Positions 36,981 to 50,213 of a DNA stretch of 64,000 bases are shown piece after piece (within the stretch, counting starts at the first letter, position 1; every line of letters begins with the position of its first letter). The position numbers were made by a program, and so were the translations under genes. The notes under the pieces were generated by a model that was given only the letters and a program-made list of their open reading frames with translations, was not told the DNA's origin and made no database searches. Source of the stretch: Albugo candida (Eukaryota); contig JBDOQK010000008.1 of the NCBI GenBank assembly GCA_040437565.1, forward strand, positions 186,001-250,000. The letters run 5' to 3'.

Positions 36981-37661
36981 ATGAAAGTAGATGCACTATC
37001 ACCTGCCGATGAGGATCTTGAGCCCAGTGAGTGGGAATTTGTCCTTGAAGCCACTACTCCATGCGATCTATTTGAGCCTGTGCTAAAGTCAGAAGACGAT
37101 GCTGAGGACTGGTTGTCGTCGTTACATCAGAATGACTTGGAAGTATCCGGACTAGAATTTATTGGCAGTCCGTGCATTACCACGCCTGATTTGGACCGAT
37201 TTATCAGTCCCAGAGATGAAAATGCTGATCCTTGGCGCTATGTGGAAGTCGGGTCTCATACTAGAAGAAAAATGACAAGTGCAGGAAGCTCTATAGGTAG
37301 AAACGTTTTACGGAAAAAAATGAAGTGTTTTCGGTCCAGGAATTGTCAGGTCAAAGGGTGTATACGCCGATCCCGTTCAAGAAATCTTTGTAAACGTCAC
37401 GGTGGTGGCAAACGATGCACATTCGAAGCATGTAATCGAAGTGATCAGGGAGGCGGCTTCTGCATCGCCCATGGGGGTGGAAAACGCTGCACAATATTTG
37501 AATGTCGTAATGCTGCGCAATCGCGAGGTTTATGTAAGAGTCATGGTGGGGGAAAGCGATGCACCTTCTCGAATTGCAACAAAAGCAGTCAAAGCGGAGA
37601 ATTTTGCAGATTTCATTCTAATTCCATACCTCGGGACACGAGCCTGAGCGTTATCCTCTGA
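36981..37661 (+). CDS. WRKY19-like zinc-finger repeat protein (four C-x4-C-x9-C-x2-H-GGG repeats) with acidic N-terminus
   Basis: 24-aa repeats ending CKRHGGG, CIAHGGG, CKSHGGG and CRFH; this family is common in oomycetes. Confidence 0.85.
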   Translation: MKVDALSPADEDLEPSEWEFVLEATTPCDLFEPVLKSEDDAEDWLSSLHQNDLEVSGLEFIGSPCITTPDLDRFISPRDENADPWRYVEVGSHTRRKMTSAGSSIGRNVLRKKMKCFRSRNCQVKGCIRRSRSRNLCKRHGGGKRCTFEACNRSDQGGGFCIAHGGGKRCTIFECRNAAQSRGLCKSHGGGKRCTFSNCNKSSQSGEFCRFHSNSIPRDTSLSVIL

Positions 37662-38244
37662 TAACATCAGCATATTTCCAGACCGTATAGCGGTATTAAT
37701 TTTCTTCAATACATCGAGTGACCTTACCATCAATTAAATTCGAATTCATCTGTGAAGGTATCTTTCGATCTCTACTTTCCGCGAAAGTGTCATTGCGCTC
37801 CTTCAGTTAGAGGATTTTCAAGTCCAAAAGGAGTGAAAGATTAGCAGAAGCGAATCTGCTAGAGTATGAGTCGCTTGTTCGCAACGAATGCATAATGTAA
37901 CAACGGTGAAGTAATTTTGAAAGCATACGATTCGAACGAAGAGCGCTCGATGCTGTTATGCCCACCTATTTCACGTAATAATTTGTTATATCTTCTTAGT
38001 CGAACATCAAACGATGCAATTCGGGCTTCAATCAATACCGATATAAGCGCTTACATGCAAGCAGTCAAATCTTCAGTTTGTATATGGATTCATAATTGCG
38101 AATTGGCAAGTGCAGCATATTCTTATAATTAAAGTATCTGGTTCGCTGCCTTCCGAATGCCTAGGGATGAGATAGCGATTGGATGATTCATGCTCTATAT
38201 GTACTAGACTAAATTGCTTGGCTCCTGAACCGCAAAGGAAGGGG

Positions 38245-40370
38245 TCATTCAACAGTACTAAACTCGGTGACGTTTGTGCTTGGCCGATACAACACAAAAG
38301 AGTGATTTACATAAAACTGTCCAGGATGAAAGACTGCAACCGATGCGTATCCCAATTGATATCTTTCTGAGCAATCTCCAATAATAAGCTAGATGTTTCA
38401 ATGAGTTGACATCATTTATGAAACGATTGTACATACCACATCCGGTAACGGGAAGAGTTGGAGAAACGAGTCGTAAGCCCAATGAACAGGCGACAATAAT
38501 AGCGAGAGTGGATTCAAATGACCTTGATCGATTATGGTCTTCAAAATCTGCAAAATTGAAGGAAAACTAAAGCATGAAGACAAATTACAATGATCGATAC
38601 AATGTACATGATGCGATAAGTTCCTCGGTTGCTGTTGAGATATGTGGTTCTCCTCCTCTTTGAAATTAGTCTCATCGCTAGAATACTTTTCTTCCTCAGC
38701 ATTTGTAAGTGGTTTGACGACGGGTACGATCGTGTGTCGGTTCATTATCCGATGTAGATCCTGACGAAAAATGACAATGTCCTGGGTATAGTATCGAACA
38801 CTCCAGTTTTATTGATTAGATTGGCACATCAGTGGTAGCGAAATACATTTTCTTACCGGCAAGGATTCGTGGCACAAACAACATTGGGGACACGTTCACA
38901 AAGGTCGCGAACAATAGACTGCATCAGCGGATGCCGTGGTAGTGAGAGAGATGCACAGGGATCATCTGGACCGGGTACCAAAATAAATTGAGAATATTCG
39001 GCAAGCTTTGGATACTTGAGGATAAGATTTGCTAACTCGTCAAAACATTCTTTAAAATTTTGCAGTCTTCTCCGTGATAGCCCTGACCCAAGTGCTTTTG
39101 AGCTAGTGAAATTTCCCATCAGAACAAATAAAGTTGGAAGAAGATTTTCGAATGCTTGAAACATCATGTCCAAGTGCTTCATCACCAATGGGTCATCGAG
39201 ATGTACATCCGAAAGCACGATAAAAGTTGCGTGATGCCCGTTTTTCTCCAACTGTTGCATTTGTTCTAATTGCTGATCCGAAATCTCCAAGCCTAGTGGG
39301 TCGATTCCATTCAAGACATTCAAGGACTCTGCTTTCGATTCAGGAGGAGGAAATCCCATAGACTATGCGGTCATCTATCGTTATCACGTCCTCCGCATCG
39401 TAATGAAGCAAGCTGCGGACTTACATGCACATGGAGGATGTCATTGATTACCTCACCCTCGACCAAAACGGTGCAATTAGTGGTGAAGAAGCCCTCTGTA
39501 TATGCCTACAGCACCTATCATCACACAAGCTACATTTTACAATATGCATACACGCACAGCTTCCGATAACTCGAGATATATACGAGACGTTAAATCTTCC
39601 AAATATGTACGCTTCCGGTCATCTTGTCCCAGCATCCCTATGACTCGCTTGATTCCATTGATACCAAGAAGCGATTCGATATTGCTGAGCTGCATGAAAG
39701 ACTTCGTCAATGGCTCGACACCGCGATCAGTCATGAGGGAGCTAACCTCAATATATTCAGTCGAGGAACCAAAGGCGGACGACGGTTTTGAAAATATCCG
39801 ATTGCGCTTAACTCGCCAGTCCACGGATAGAAAACTAAGAACTTGTTTGTTGCTGGTAGTATCGATGGATGCATATGACTTGCTTACCGATTTCGTAGCA
39901 CTTGCAGCCGATCTTGAGCTGTTCCGTGTAATTTTCGATTCAAACCATCACGTAGCTCGTAAGTATGCGATGCCTCATTCAAATAGAGCTGCGGAGAATC
40001 GAAGGCATTAAAGACTTGGATAGGTTTGAATTCATTTTCAGTCGACACGACCAAAAGCGTGTTTAAAGCGCTTTCCGCTGCATCTAGCGAAACCACACCG
40101 CTGGATACTGCATATGGAGTGTTGAAAATGTGTTGCTGACACGAGTCGAGACATACTTTTTGTTTGATCAATACTGTTCTTGAGTGCATAAATGACATCG
40201 TCCAGAAGAAGGCTTGGATTGCTACACGAACATACCGATCAGTCTGAGAAACAAGCACTGATTTTTAAATCGTAATACTTGGTCAGTTCCAAATGCAAGT
40301 GCGCTAAAGCATCTGAGCGCAATGTGAGTCCCTGCAACTTGCAACTGCGTAGAATCTGACGACGCTCCAT
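38245..40370 (-). CDS. POLE2: DNA polymerase epsilon subunit B (Dpb2), ~9 exons
   Basis: MERRQILRSCKLQGLTLRSDA, VFNAF, LSDVHLD, FVLMGNF, FILVPGPDDP, TNPCR, QGHLNPL and LFPLPDV|LIIGD; ends EFSTVE*. Confidence 0.93.
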
Positions 40371-40446
40371 TTTTGGCGCGTAACATCAATCAAAGGGCGC
40401 TAATTTGGTTAGGTTCTGCAGCAGACAGAGTACAGGAGAACGTTAA

Positions 40447-41778
<1,332 letters not shown>

Positions 41779-41915
41779 AAGAATAATGAGATAATTTCGA
41801 ATTACCCATGATGATAGCTTCACTTGAACTAAGTATGTGTAAAGAATAAATGGGCCCGGGCTCGATTTTCTGCAATTTTTCCTGACCCGCTGGATCGATT
41901 GGTGAAGAAGTAATA

Positions 41916-43181
41916 ATGAGCGTGCAGGCAAAACCTGGTGATAAGGTGGTATTGGCATACAGCGGCGGGTTGGACACATCTGTGATTTTGAAATGGCTCG
42001 CTAACAAAGGGTTCGAAGTCATTTGTTATTGTGCTAATGTTGGGCAGCATGGAGAAGATTATACGAAAGTGAAGGAAAAAGCTTTAGCTTTGGGTGCCAC
42101 AAAAGTTTACATTGAGGATTTACGTCGCGAGTTTGTGGAAGACTTTATTTTTGAAGCTGTTAAAGCAAATGCGATATATGAATCGCGTTACTTATTGGGA
42201 ACTTCACTCGCTCGACCTGTGATTGCAAAAAAACAGGTCGAAATTGCCCAGAAAGAAGGCGCTTTATTCGTTGCACATGGTGCGACAGGAAAGGGAAATG
42301 ATCAGGTTCGATTTGAACTATGTGCGCAAGCTCTGGATGCCAAGCTTCAAACAATCGCACCATGGCGTGATGCGGAATTCATAAATCAATTCAAAGGCCG
42401 GGCCGACTTGTTGAAGTATGCAGCTGAGCAAAAAATTCCAGTAGATGCAACGCCAAAGGCATCATATAGCATGGATGAGAACTTATACCACACCAGCTAT
42501 GAAGCCGGAATGCTGGAAGACCCATTGACTGCTCCTACAAGCGAAATGTTCAAAATGACGGTTGATCCAAAAGTGGCTCCAGATCAAGCTGAAAAAATTC
42601 AAATCACTTTCAGCAATGGAGTTCCCGTATCTCTAAAAAATTTATCTACGCCATCGACTCCTGAATTAACAACACCTTTGGAGCTGTTTCTTAGCCTGAA
42701 CGAGTACGGACGGAAGCATGGTATTGGCCGTATTGATATCATCGAGAACCGATTCGTTGGAATCAAGTCTCGAGGTGTTTATGAGACTCCTGGCGGTACG
42801 ATTTTGCGTGTTGCGCACTTGGATTTGGAAGGACTCTGTTTGGATCGTGAAGTACTCAAAGTTCGCGACAGTTTGTCGGCAAAGTTCGCCGAGTTTGCCT
42901 ACAATGGCTTTTGGTTCGCTCCTGAAATGGACTTCGTGCGTCACGCTATCGATTACTCGCAACGAAATGTTACCGGGTACGTCAATTTGGAGCTGTATAA
43001 GGGAAATGTGACTGTCATAGGCCGCCACTCGGATTTGGCGCTGTATATCGCGGATCTCGCCAGTATGGATCAAGAAGGTGGAGGTTCTCACTTCGATTAC
43101 AACCCGAGTGACTCACAAGGCTTCATTCGTATCAACGCCACGAGACTTAAGGCGTGGAATCATCTTCAGAAAAAGCTCTAA
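41916..43181 (+). CDS. ASS1: Argininosuccinate synthase (intronless)
   Basis: [34 protein letters not shown] and [11 protein letters not shown]. Confidence 0.98.
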   Translation: MSVQAKPGDKVVLAYSGGLDTSVILKWLANKGFEVICYCANVGQHGEDYTKVKEKALALGATKVYIEDLRREFVEDFIFEAVKANAIYESRYLLGTSLARPVIAKKQVEIAQKEGALFVAHGATGKGNDQVRFELCAQALDAKLQTIAPWRDAEFINQFKGRADLLKYAAEQKIPVDATPKASYSMDENLYHTSYEAGMLEDPLTAPTSEMFKMTVDPKVAPDQAEKIQITFSNGVPVSLKNLSTPSTPELTTPLELFLSLNEYGRKHGIGRIDIIENRFVGIKSRGVYETPGGTILRVAHLDLEGLCLDREVLKVRDSLSAKFAEFAYNGFWFAPEMDFVRHAIDYSQRNVTGYVNLELYKGNVTVIGRHSDLALYIADLASMDQEGGGSHFDYNPSDSQGFIRINATRLKAWNHLQKKL

Positions 43182-43322
43182 GACATTGTCATTCGTACAT
43201 TTTAGTCACGTAAGAGGCTTTTCACCATAATGAGAGAATTCTTGATGAAAAAGTCGCACTGTTTTCTACCATTCATTGTATAAAGTGTCTTTGTTCTTGT
43301 GTGCAACACATTTTTGCCAATA

Positions 43323-44610
43323 ATGCACAAAGAATGCGTAGCATGCGGCATTAGTTCATCCAGAAACATTTACAGCAAGTCGCAGTGGATGAAAGATCAT
43401 GGGTATGTGTAAACTTCAATTGTAAATGAAGATTGAATTTCATTATAGTATGTGTGCCAAGTGTGTCGTGGCGTCAAATGACGCGAAGTCACAATCTCTG
43501 AAGCGATGTGTGCAATGTTTTCAAGATCTGACCAAGAAGAAGTACTCAAAGCGTCAATTCCATCTTTATAACGGTAAATGTATCGACTGTATTAGAGAAT
43601 TGGATGATTGTCCAAATGATTCAGCGAATGCAATACGTAAAAGTTATTTGCTTTCATTTGAAAGCTGCACGTATTCTGATTGTTATATTCGTATAGAAAA
43701 GCGGACATACGATTGTTATTATCGCGTTTGCTATCGTGGCAAGCAAGGAGTCGACGGAGTAGGCGTTCGATCGAAATGTGACTTTGGCTCAATCATTATC
43801 GGCTATATACCCTTTGGCCGCGTATTTCTAGGAACTGACATAATTTACAATGAAAAAGGTGACCCAATGATAAAAGTATCGTCCTTCTCAGTCCTTCGGA
43901 ATCAACGACAAAGATCGATTGAAAGTGCTGGTGAGTTAGTAGAAGCCAATACATCACATGAAAGCACTTCAACTCCGCATTATGGAAATAATAGTTCAAA
44001 AGGATGGGTACCGTATCGATCGATACGGAATGAGATACTGGTGGAACGGCATCGTGGGCCCTTTGAAGCGCTAGCGCTATATCAGTGCGTAATTGAAGGC
44101 TGTAAAGTTAGATCGGGGTGTAATTTGGAATTGCAAGAAGTCGGATTTCTGCACTATGGGGACGTCGTACAAGTAGTGAAATCAATCGTGACAGCGGAAG
44201 GCCTCGTTTTTCTATGCCTTCATGCTCGCTACTTTGAACAAACAGTGTGGGTGTTAGAACGGACACTTGATAATGAGACAATTCTCAGATGGTCGGAACC
44301 ACCTGCCATTTTGGGCGAGAATCAGGACTATCGATGTGTTCAGGAAACTGGTGCACCGCTTCGATCAAATCCCTCACTGGAGTCCCCGCCTGTAGGACGA
44401 CTACAATGCGGCAGTATCGTGCCAATTGCCGAGAGGTATCTCAATCCGCAACGACAGATGTTTCTCCGAATAGGGAAGCAACAGATTGCAGCTACGGACA
44501 ACAAGAAAAAAACTTGCGTACATGAGGACATGTGGGTTATTGAGACAAGTACTTGCTGTTCCAGCGTAATGTTGAAAGTGCGTACATTTGACGAAAGTGG
44601 ATGGAGTTGA
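43323..44610 (+). CDS. Hypothetical protein: two Stc1-like C4 zinc fingers plus three SH3b-like repeats; intron 43403-43448
   Basis: MHKECVACG...YSKSQW...G|MCAKC and CVQC...YSKRQF...KCIDC, followed by three G..(V/L)RS...G.(I/L)..G...WV repeats. Confidence 0.7.
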
Positions 44611-45827
44611 ATTGAGTCGTATAACAGCGTATGCAGCAAGAACACACTCACAATATCTTCACTGTTGAGCATCTTTGGAAGTCAGTTTGCAGAAGATGCA
44701 GAGGTGTTAATGGAATTAGTTTCCTTTAGACAAGAAAGCATCGATAATTTTCCACATAGTATCAATACTCTGTGAGGAGCTGCAGATTTCCAATGTCACT
44801 CGGTGTCAATTTTCTACCGCCTACGTAATCATCTCATTATGATGATTCTCCAGAACGTATAAAGGAGTTTTGGGTGAGGGCATTGAGTTTCGGCCGTTTT
44901 GTTTATCAAAGCGATGATGATGTAATGATGTCCCAAGTACAATCGATCGAATCTTCTTCTGCGCGCTCCTTTCATTCTATTCTTTTGCAACCTTATGGCT
45001 GCGTGTTGCGACACCCATGTATGAAAGTTTTAGGAACTACGATCAAGAACTGGATTGCATCTAGCGCAATCGAGGTAGCGTTAGATATACAATCAGAGAT
45101 GTCGATTGACATCGTAGATAGTAAGAACAATGGTAAGATCATGAAATGTATATGTAATAATATGGTAGATGCCTATTTAGAATCAATGACTTTGGGCTTT
45201 CCGCACTATAGTCTGCTGATTTTTATAATGTATGCCTACCGAAGTGCACTAAAATTGATCGCTGAGTGCAAAAACAATATCTATTCAAATTGGTGATTAA
45301 GGGCTCGATAATTCGGCTCGCCGTGTGAAACCTTTTCGAGTGCACAGCGAGCTTGCAAATACTATTCAGGAAGGATTATACTTTTCGGTCATTTGAGCAC
45401 TGGTGTCTTCGCCCAGTGTACAAATATATTGAAAAGAGCTAGAAATGGTCTATCTTGTTGAGGGGAACGTTGTGAGATAGTGCGTATGAATTACAACGTT
45501 TTTTACGTTTGATCGAAAACCGCAATGTTCTGTATACGGTGGAGTTGAGAAGATTGTATCAACAAAGGCGGATTGGAGCATGTCTAAATTCAGTAGTGAA
45601 GGCTGCAACGACGAACTCTCGATCACGTGAGCAATAAGCGATGACATAGCGCTGATAGAAAATGCTGAGAAATAGTAGCGGTAATGCCTTATGCAGATGG
45701 ATGCAAATCAAAAAGTAACATATTGTCTTCACTCCTAACTCAACGGAATCCTTTATGAGCAAAGTTCTTCGAAATATGCTCGAAAGTTTGATCTCATAAC
45801 CAGGACATCGCGACCATCTCTTTACGA

Positions 45828-46251
45828 TAAAGAGTGGGGACTTTGGAATACAACGAAGCCGCGTTGAGGCCAAGATTGCCGCATATAAGAGCGGTAATAA
45901 ACACGCAAACAAAAAAGAATGGACATTGCTGATGCTCCTACAGGATTTACTTGATCCCTTAGCAGCCCGCACGGCCTATTTCATCTGAANNNNNNNNNNN
46001 NNNNNNNNNNNNNNNNNNNNNNNNNNNNNNNNNNNNNNNNNNNNNNNNNNNNNNNNNNNNNNNNNNNNNNNNNNNNNNNNNNNNNNNNNTAAAGAGTGGG
46101 GACTTTGGAATACAACGAAGCCGCGTTGAGGCCAAGATTGCCGCATATAAGAGCGGTAATAAACACGCAAACAAAAAAGAATGGGCATTGCTGATGCTCC
46201 TACAGGATTTACTTGATCCCTTAGCAGCCCGCACGGCCTATTTCATCTGAA
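45828..46251. repeat. 162-nt direct duplication (45828-45989 = 46090-46251) flanking a 100-N gap
   Basis: Offset 262; one A/G substitution. Confidence 0.93.
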
Positions 46252-46456
46252 TACGACGTCGTATTCTCTAGCGCAATGCAAGCACCTCAGTACATCAATT
46301 ATTCTCTCTTAGAATACGTTCACTAGTCTCATTTGAAGTTATTACGTGATTTCCAAACCTGATTTCCAAAGTGAGCCCATTCCATCATTTGTTGTGTGTT
46401 CAATTTTCAGGTTCATTGAAAAGGCAGCGTTGCGCCTAGATACCAATAACACTGTG

Positions 46457-49078
46457 CTATCTAAAACTATCTAAAATAGAGTCCATCATATGCTCTTCTT
46501 GGGTTGAAAAACACTGTAATGTACCAGCTCCGACCGGGGCGCTGTGTAATGTCCGCCAATTGGTTTCATTACCAGCTTCAGACTGTGTCGGATGCAAAAT
46601 AACGGATGGGGTCACACTGGTCCTCTCGTCATCGTGCGATGCAAGATTAAAATGAACTGTCTGTGGTCGGTCCGAATCGTTTGCACGTGAAGCTTCAGCG
46701 TCTACGAAATTTTTCTCCAAATCCTTCAGTATTGTAGGCTTAAGGTCTTTCAGGTACTTCAGTACGAAATCTTTTCCAGTTGACCTTTGAGTACATACAA
46801 CCACATCAGCGGCAGCCTTACGTGCTTTATCGTCGCCATTAAGAAATACATTCGCGACGCAAGTCATGACACGATGTGGGTCAATGCCGTCAGAATGGAA
46901 CCCAAATTCGGGGATAAGTAATCGCAAAAGATGCATTTGGCTGCAAAACTCCATATCTCCGAGAAATACGCATGATAATATGTAACGTAGAGGATGCGTA
47001 TTATTGTGTGCAAGTCGAGTCATTTTCATTATACATCGGCACGCTGAACGGCTCATTCGAGTGTTGGCTTTCTTCATTACAGCAGATAGGCGCATCATGA
47101 GCTGTAAGATAATTTCCCGAACGCTTTTGTCGCGAAAATCGATATTCGGGCCAAATTTCTCAATCAGTATCATGTAGGTGTCCATCACGGAGTGTACCAC
47201 CGGCGCAATAGGATCCAATAGGTACTTGTATACACATGTGCAATACAATACAAACAGTGTTTGTAGCTCGCTTGAAGCTATTTGATTCACATCTGTTCCG
47301 ATACGTTTCTCAAAGTCAACGAATGCCTCTTTTCGATCACTCCAGACTTTGCTCTCAAGCTTACGAGAGATGACTGGGCCTAATTCGGCACAAGCGGCTA
47401 TCCATTGCTCTTCCACGAATGCAAGGAACGCATTCGAGTCTTCTTGTACGACTGTAATTAGTTCCATACCCTTGCTCTGATCTTCCTCATCGTGTCTACT
47501 CTCGTCCGACTCCTGTGCGGGTGACTCATTTGATTTAATGGCTAATATATCATCCACCCGGCGACGAATGCTTTCAAGTACATCTGATTTGAGGTTTTTG
47601 ATTGAACTTATTGTAAGCTTTTCATCGTTCACTATCAAGTCAGCAGTAAAATCTATCGCAGCAATCCGCGTCTTGCTGTCAGTATTTTCTAAAGAAGCCA
47701 ATGCGATCGGAAACACGCCGGTGGTTGATAGTCCCTTATTTTCGACTTGTGGAAATCCCATTTCTCTCATTAGATGGTGTAGAGTGTTGACTTGTACGCG
47801 AATCGGTAGCTCTCCACGTTGCAGATATAAAAGTACATGGACTGAAGCATCGATGTTTTCTAACTTTACTAAACGTACCACCGCTTCTTTCACTTCAGAA
47901 TTTGTTCGCTTGTTGGTATCACCGAGTTTTGTTATCAAAGCTTTCGTGAACGCTGCTACCGTGTGACGGACGTGTGGATCCACTGCATACGACGTGTCCA
48001 AATACGGGGCAAAAGATTCTGCAATTGTACGAAAGCATTGTAAGGCACAAAAAACGACAGGGGAAACCCGATCTTCTACTCCATACTGAATCGCTGCAAT
48101 AGCAGCGCAAAAATATTCGCTACGGCTCCTCATGCTTTTCAATTTGGCTTTTTTGACTGCATATTGTACCGCGTCTAGACCGTCCTGTCTATCAACCCAT
48201 GCGTCGGCTCCTAGTAAACGGACAACACGTTCCCCAAATTCACGTGTAATAGCTGCAGCCGGATCATAATCGACCGAGTTTTCCAAGTTTTCGTCCGTTT
48301 CAATAACGTCAGCCATTCCGATCAATGACGATGCAAGAATTGGCACGTCTGGGGATCTAAGGTTGCTCTTATCGGTTCTGCATGTGACTGAATGAATCGG
48401 GGCTGATTTTGCCTCTTCTTCTGATTTTCGATTCGATATTCTTTCAAGCGCAAGGGAAGGAACAACCGGTGTAGAGGCCGACTTGGAAGGTGATATCTGC
48501 CTGTTACCTTGTTTTTCATTTTCATTCTCGATAGAAAATTCTTGCTCAGGCTTCAAATTCCGCTTTTGACCCATCCTTGCCGGTGACACTCCGAAAATCA
48601 TCAAATCGTTTGCATCACTACTTTTGACTAAATCTGGTCGCTCACATCCTTTATCATCGGCGTCACTATCTGCAGAGCTCGTGTTGTACTTCTGTTCAGA
48701 CTCTCGAGGCCCATGAGAATCCGAAATCTTATCGTCCGACTGCTCTAATATCATGGAAGACGAAGCCGGAGAAGCCAAGTCATTCGACGTTCTATCTCTT
48801 TCTCCACTAGGACTCATTTCTTCCATCTCAGGATTTAACGACGATGTGACCTCATCGTTCGGTACCTTCATCATCCCAATTCGACCGGAAGCGTGATTTT
48901 GGCTGCTTTCTTCATTTGATACATGATTGTTGTTTTGTTGTGGTTCCTGCGCTGGACGTTTGGGTGTCGTCAATTTTGACTTGAGCTTCCCGATCATACT
49001 TTGTTTACTAGTGCTCCCTTTGTCATTTTCAGCGGTAAAAGTGGCTACCTTACTCCGCGGACTGAAAAACTTTGACAT
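46457..49078 (-). CDS. TOG/HEAT-repeat protein, CEP104-like TOG domains, long disordered N-terminus
   Basis: Two related units: FGERVVRLLGADAWVDRQDGL...KLGDTNKR and LGPVISRKLESKVWSDRKEAF...KANTR. The W-x-x-R and D/N-x-N-x-R turns match TOG tubulin-binding loops. Confidence 0.7.
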   Translation of the reverse strand: MSKFFSPRSKVATFTAENDKGSTSKQSMIGKLKSKLTTPKRPAQEPQQNNNHVSNEESSQNHASGRIGMMKVPNDEVTSSLNPEMEEMSPSGERDRTSNDLASPASSSMILEQSDDKISDSHGPRESEQKYNTSSADSDADDKGCERPDLVKSSDANDLMIFGVSPARMGQKRNLKPEQEFSIENENEKQGNRQISPSKSASTPVVPSLALERISNRKSEEEAKSAPIHSVTCRTDKSNLRSPDVPILASSLIGMADVIETDENLENSVDYDPAAAITREFGERVVRLLGADAWVDRQDGLDAVQYAVKKAKLKSMRSRSEYFCAAIAAIQYGVEDRVSPVVFCALQCFRTIAESFAPYLDTSYAVDPHVRHTVAAFTKALITKLGDTNKRTNSEVKEAVVRLVKLENIDASVHVLLYLQRGELPIRVQVNTLHHLMREMGFPQVENKGLSTTGVFPIALASLENTDSKTRIAAIDFTADLIVNDEKLTISSIKNLKSDVLESIRRRVDDILAIKSNESPAQESDESRHDEEDQSKGMELITVVQEDSNAFLAFVEEQWIAACAELGPVISRKLESKVWSDRKEAFVDFEKRIGTDVNQIASSELQTLFVLYCTCVYKYLLDPIAPVVHSVMDTYMILIEKFGPNIDFRDKSVREIILQLMMRLSAVMKKANTRMSRSACRCIMKMTRLAHNNTHPLRYILSCVFLGDMEFCSQMHLLRLLIPEFGFHSDGIDPHRVMTCVANVFLNGDDKARKAAADVVVCTQRSTGKDFVLKYLKDLKPTILKDLEKNFVDAEASRANDSDRPQTVHFNLASHDDERTSVTPSVILHPTQSEAGNETNWRTLHSAPVGAGTLQCFSTQEEHMMDSILDSFR

Positions 49079-49362
49079 TCTCAGCGTAAAGTCGTCCTAA
49101 AATCGCCGCGTCCTCTGCAAATGCGATGCTATTTCAAGCCCCGGCACTTGCGACTCCAAATTAACGGCACGGCATTATCGCCAAAATTAACTCTTGTCAT
49201 CAGAGACCGAGAGGCATGCAAGATATTTTGAGAACCGATACCACCATACATCTTATGCACTAATTCTATCAGTTTGTTAGCGTCATGTCAAGATTCAAAA
49301 ACTAAACCGGGACGTCTCCTTTGCTTTGAGCTCACGTGTGATTATTTGCGACATATCAGAAA

Positions 49363-50085
49363 ATGGATTCCACTCATGCAGCTATACTGATTTCTGACCT
49401 CGGGAACGCTCAGGCGATTCAGAGTCGACTCGAGTCACTGGTGGATGAGGTATCGATCGCTATCAACAGCACTACCATGCAAAGCGAGCACGACTATATC
49501 TCACTTGTGCTACCATTAATGGAGTCAGCAACAGCACATTATCAAGGACTTGCAGGTTTCTTACAGCAGCATAAAAGATCACATGATCGAGAATATCGCT
49601 TACTGCATCGAGCATTCACAAAGACGATGCTCGAGCTGCAACATGTACAGTCTGAAGGATCAAAACGCAGAGAAATGTTATGTGAAAAAGGTGAGAGCGA
49701 TATCTGATGCTGTCTACAAAGTGGTTTTCACTCAATTTGCCTGTGATTAGAATTCTTATCGAAAAATAAGTTTACAGCTGAGGAAATTCAAATTGCAAAA
49801 GAAGAGATTCTCGAAGCTAATGAACTTGCGAAGGAAGCTGTTCTTGTCAAAGAACTGTTTCAAGAAGTAGGAGCTCTAATTCATCATCAAGGCCAAGGAA
49901 TCGATGCAATCGGAGAAAAAGTAGAGCAGATTCGAATCGAGATTGGGCAAGGTATCAGCGAATTAGAACAGGCAAAGCGGCTCCAGCGAGAAGCTCGGAA
50001 CAAGTACTGCCTCATAGTCTCCATCGTCGTACTGATTGTCGCAATCGTCTTGATTTTGGTCGCTGTCACAGTATTGAACGTATAA
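49363..50085 (+). CDS. Syntaxin (Qa-SNARE, Pep12/STX7-like); intron ~49690-49750
   Basis: Second exon LFQEVGALIHHQGQGIDAI...GISELEQAKRLQ (SNARE motif), then the TM segment CLIVSIVVLIVAIVLILVAV. Confidence 0.88.
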
Positions 50086-50213
50086 TGGGAGCGAACTCTC
50101 TTCGATTTCGTTGAGTAGCTGAAGTAGCTGTGAAAAGCATGGATAATCTTCATATTTTGTCGCGATATGGCTAATGAGACATATAATCATACGCTGTCTA
50201 GATTCATTCAAGT

